64,000 nt of DNA from an uncultured Gemmatimonadales bacterium (GTDB lineage: Bacteria; Gemmatimonadota; Gemmatimonadetes; Longimicrobiales; Gaopeijiaceae), in contig CAWELD010000003.1 in assembly GCA_963809895.1 (NCBI GenBank), positions 3,136,001 through 3,200,000 on the forward strand, written 5' to 3'. The position numbers and the translations under genes are program-made. Below, in pieces: positions 63,607 to 64,000 of this stretch. How positions within the stretch are numbered: position 1 is the stretch's first letter; every line of letters begins with the position of its first letter. The notes under the pieces are model-generated. The model was not told where the DNA came from, searched no databases, and was given only the letters and a program-made list of their open reading frames with translations.

Positions 63607-64000
63607 CGGTGTCCGGCCGCCAGGAGATCCTCCAGCGCCAGCGAGCAGCCCCGGGGCTCGGCGCCAGGCGCCCGCCCCAGGACCTCGAAGCCGTCCCTCC
63701 AGCGCACCCCGAGATCCTCGGTGAGGACGGCGGCCACCGACCCCAGGTTGGCCAGGTCCAGGTGGCAGAGGAGCCCGGGCTCTCCGTCGGCCACCTCCTC
63801 CAGCGTCTCGGGGTGGAGGACGCGCGTGCGCACCCAGGGCGGACCCCGGTGTCGGCGCGGGCTCCCGGCCCCCTCCAGAAGCACCGGCTCGTAGAACTGC
63901 GACAGCAGCTCGGTCATCCCGTATTCGTTGACCATGCGCGCCGAGGGGATGCCCGTGCGCAGCTCGAGCTCGCGGTAGAGCACGTCGCGGGGCACTTCGC
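63603..64000 (-). CDS. LuxE-like acyl-protein synthetase, 3' part (truncated by the window edge)
   Basis: NEYGMTELLSQFY, PPWVR, DLANLGS.AAVLTEDLG, FEVLGRA.GAEPRGCS. Confidence 0.85.
   Translation of the reverse strand, partial: EVPRDVLYRELELRTGIPSARMVNEYGMTELLSQFYEPVLLEGAGSPRRHRGPPWVRTRVLHPETLEEVADGEPGLLCHLDLANLGSVAAVLTEDLGVRWRDGFEVLGRAPGAEPRGCSLALEDLLAAGHR

Overview
GC-rich bacterial chromosomal window. Several 6-bladed beta-propeller lipoproteins, the alternative complex III and the gene content suggest Gemmatimonadota (inference only). The main result is a ~9.2 kb integrative element (804-10014) bounded by an exact 18-bp direct repeat (AACGGACACACCTCCTGG). It has inserted into the CxxCQEVCP Fe-S motif of queG (epoxyqueuosine reductase). 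The original queG 3' end lies displaced at 352-803, and the element supplies a divergent replacement 3' end (9538-9996) that rebuilds a full gene. The element encodes a large serine recombinase with an unusual N-terminal extension, an HTH_17-like protein, and four co-oriented defence-type genes (Mrr-like nuclease, AAA ATPase plus S8 protease of the IetAS type, and an unknown PIN-like protein). The same two 1-nt corrections that restore the replacement queG frame also let the recombinase frame run antisense through it and across the att site, which would give different C-termini in the integrated and excised states. The rest of the window holds: a TrkA-domain protein; an error-riddled ASRT/TPP enzyme/enolase/FAD-FeS oxidase/SDR/GH15/otsA cluster; a clan-CD-like lipoprotein; a GT2-OtsB fusion; proline dehydrogenase and queE; an actABCDEF operon; moxR-DUF58-transglutaminase; DUF432-mscS; an ABC-2 exporter; an AbrB-macrodomain pair; and luxC/luxE-like genes. 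Many frameshifts (especially 12.1-19.7 kb and inside the island) look like long-read indel errors, so reading-frame conclusions there are provisional. No rRNA, tRNA or CRISPR array was seen.
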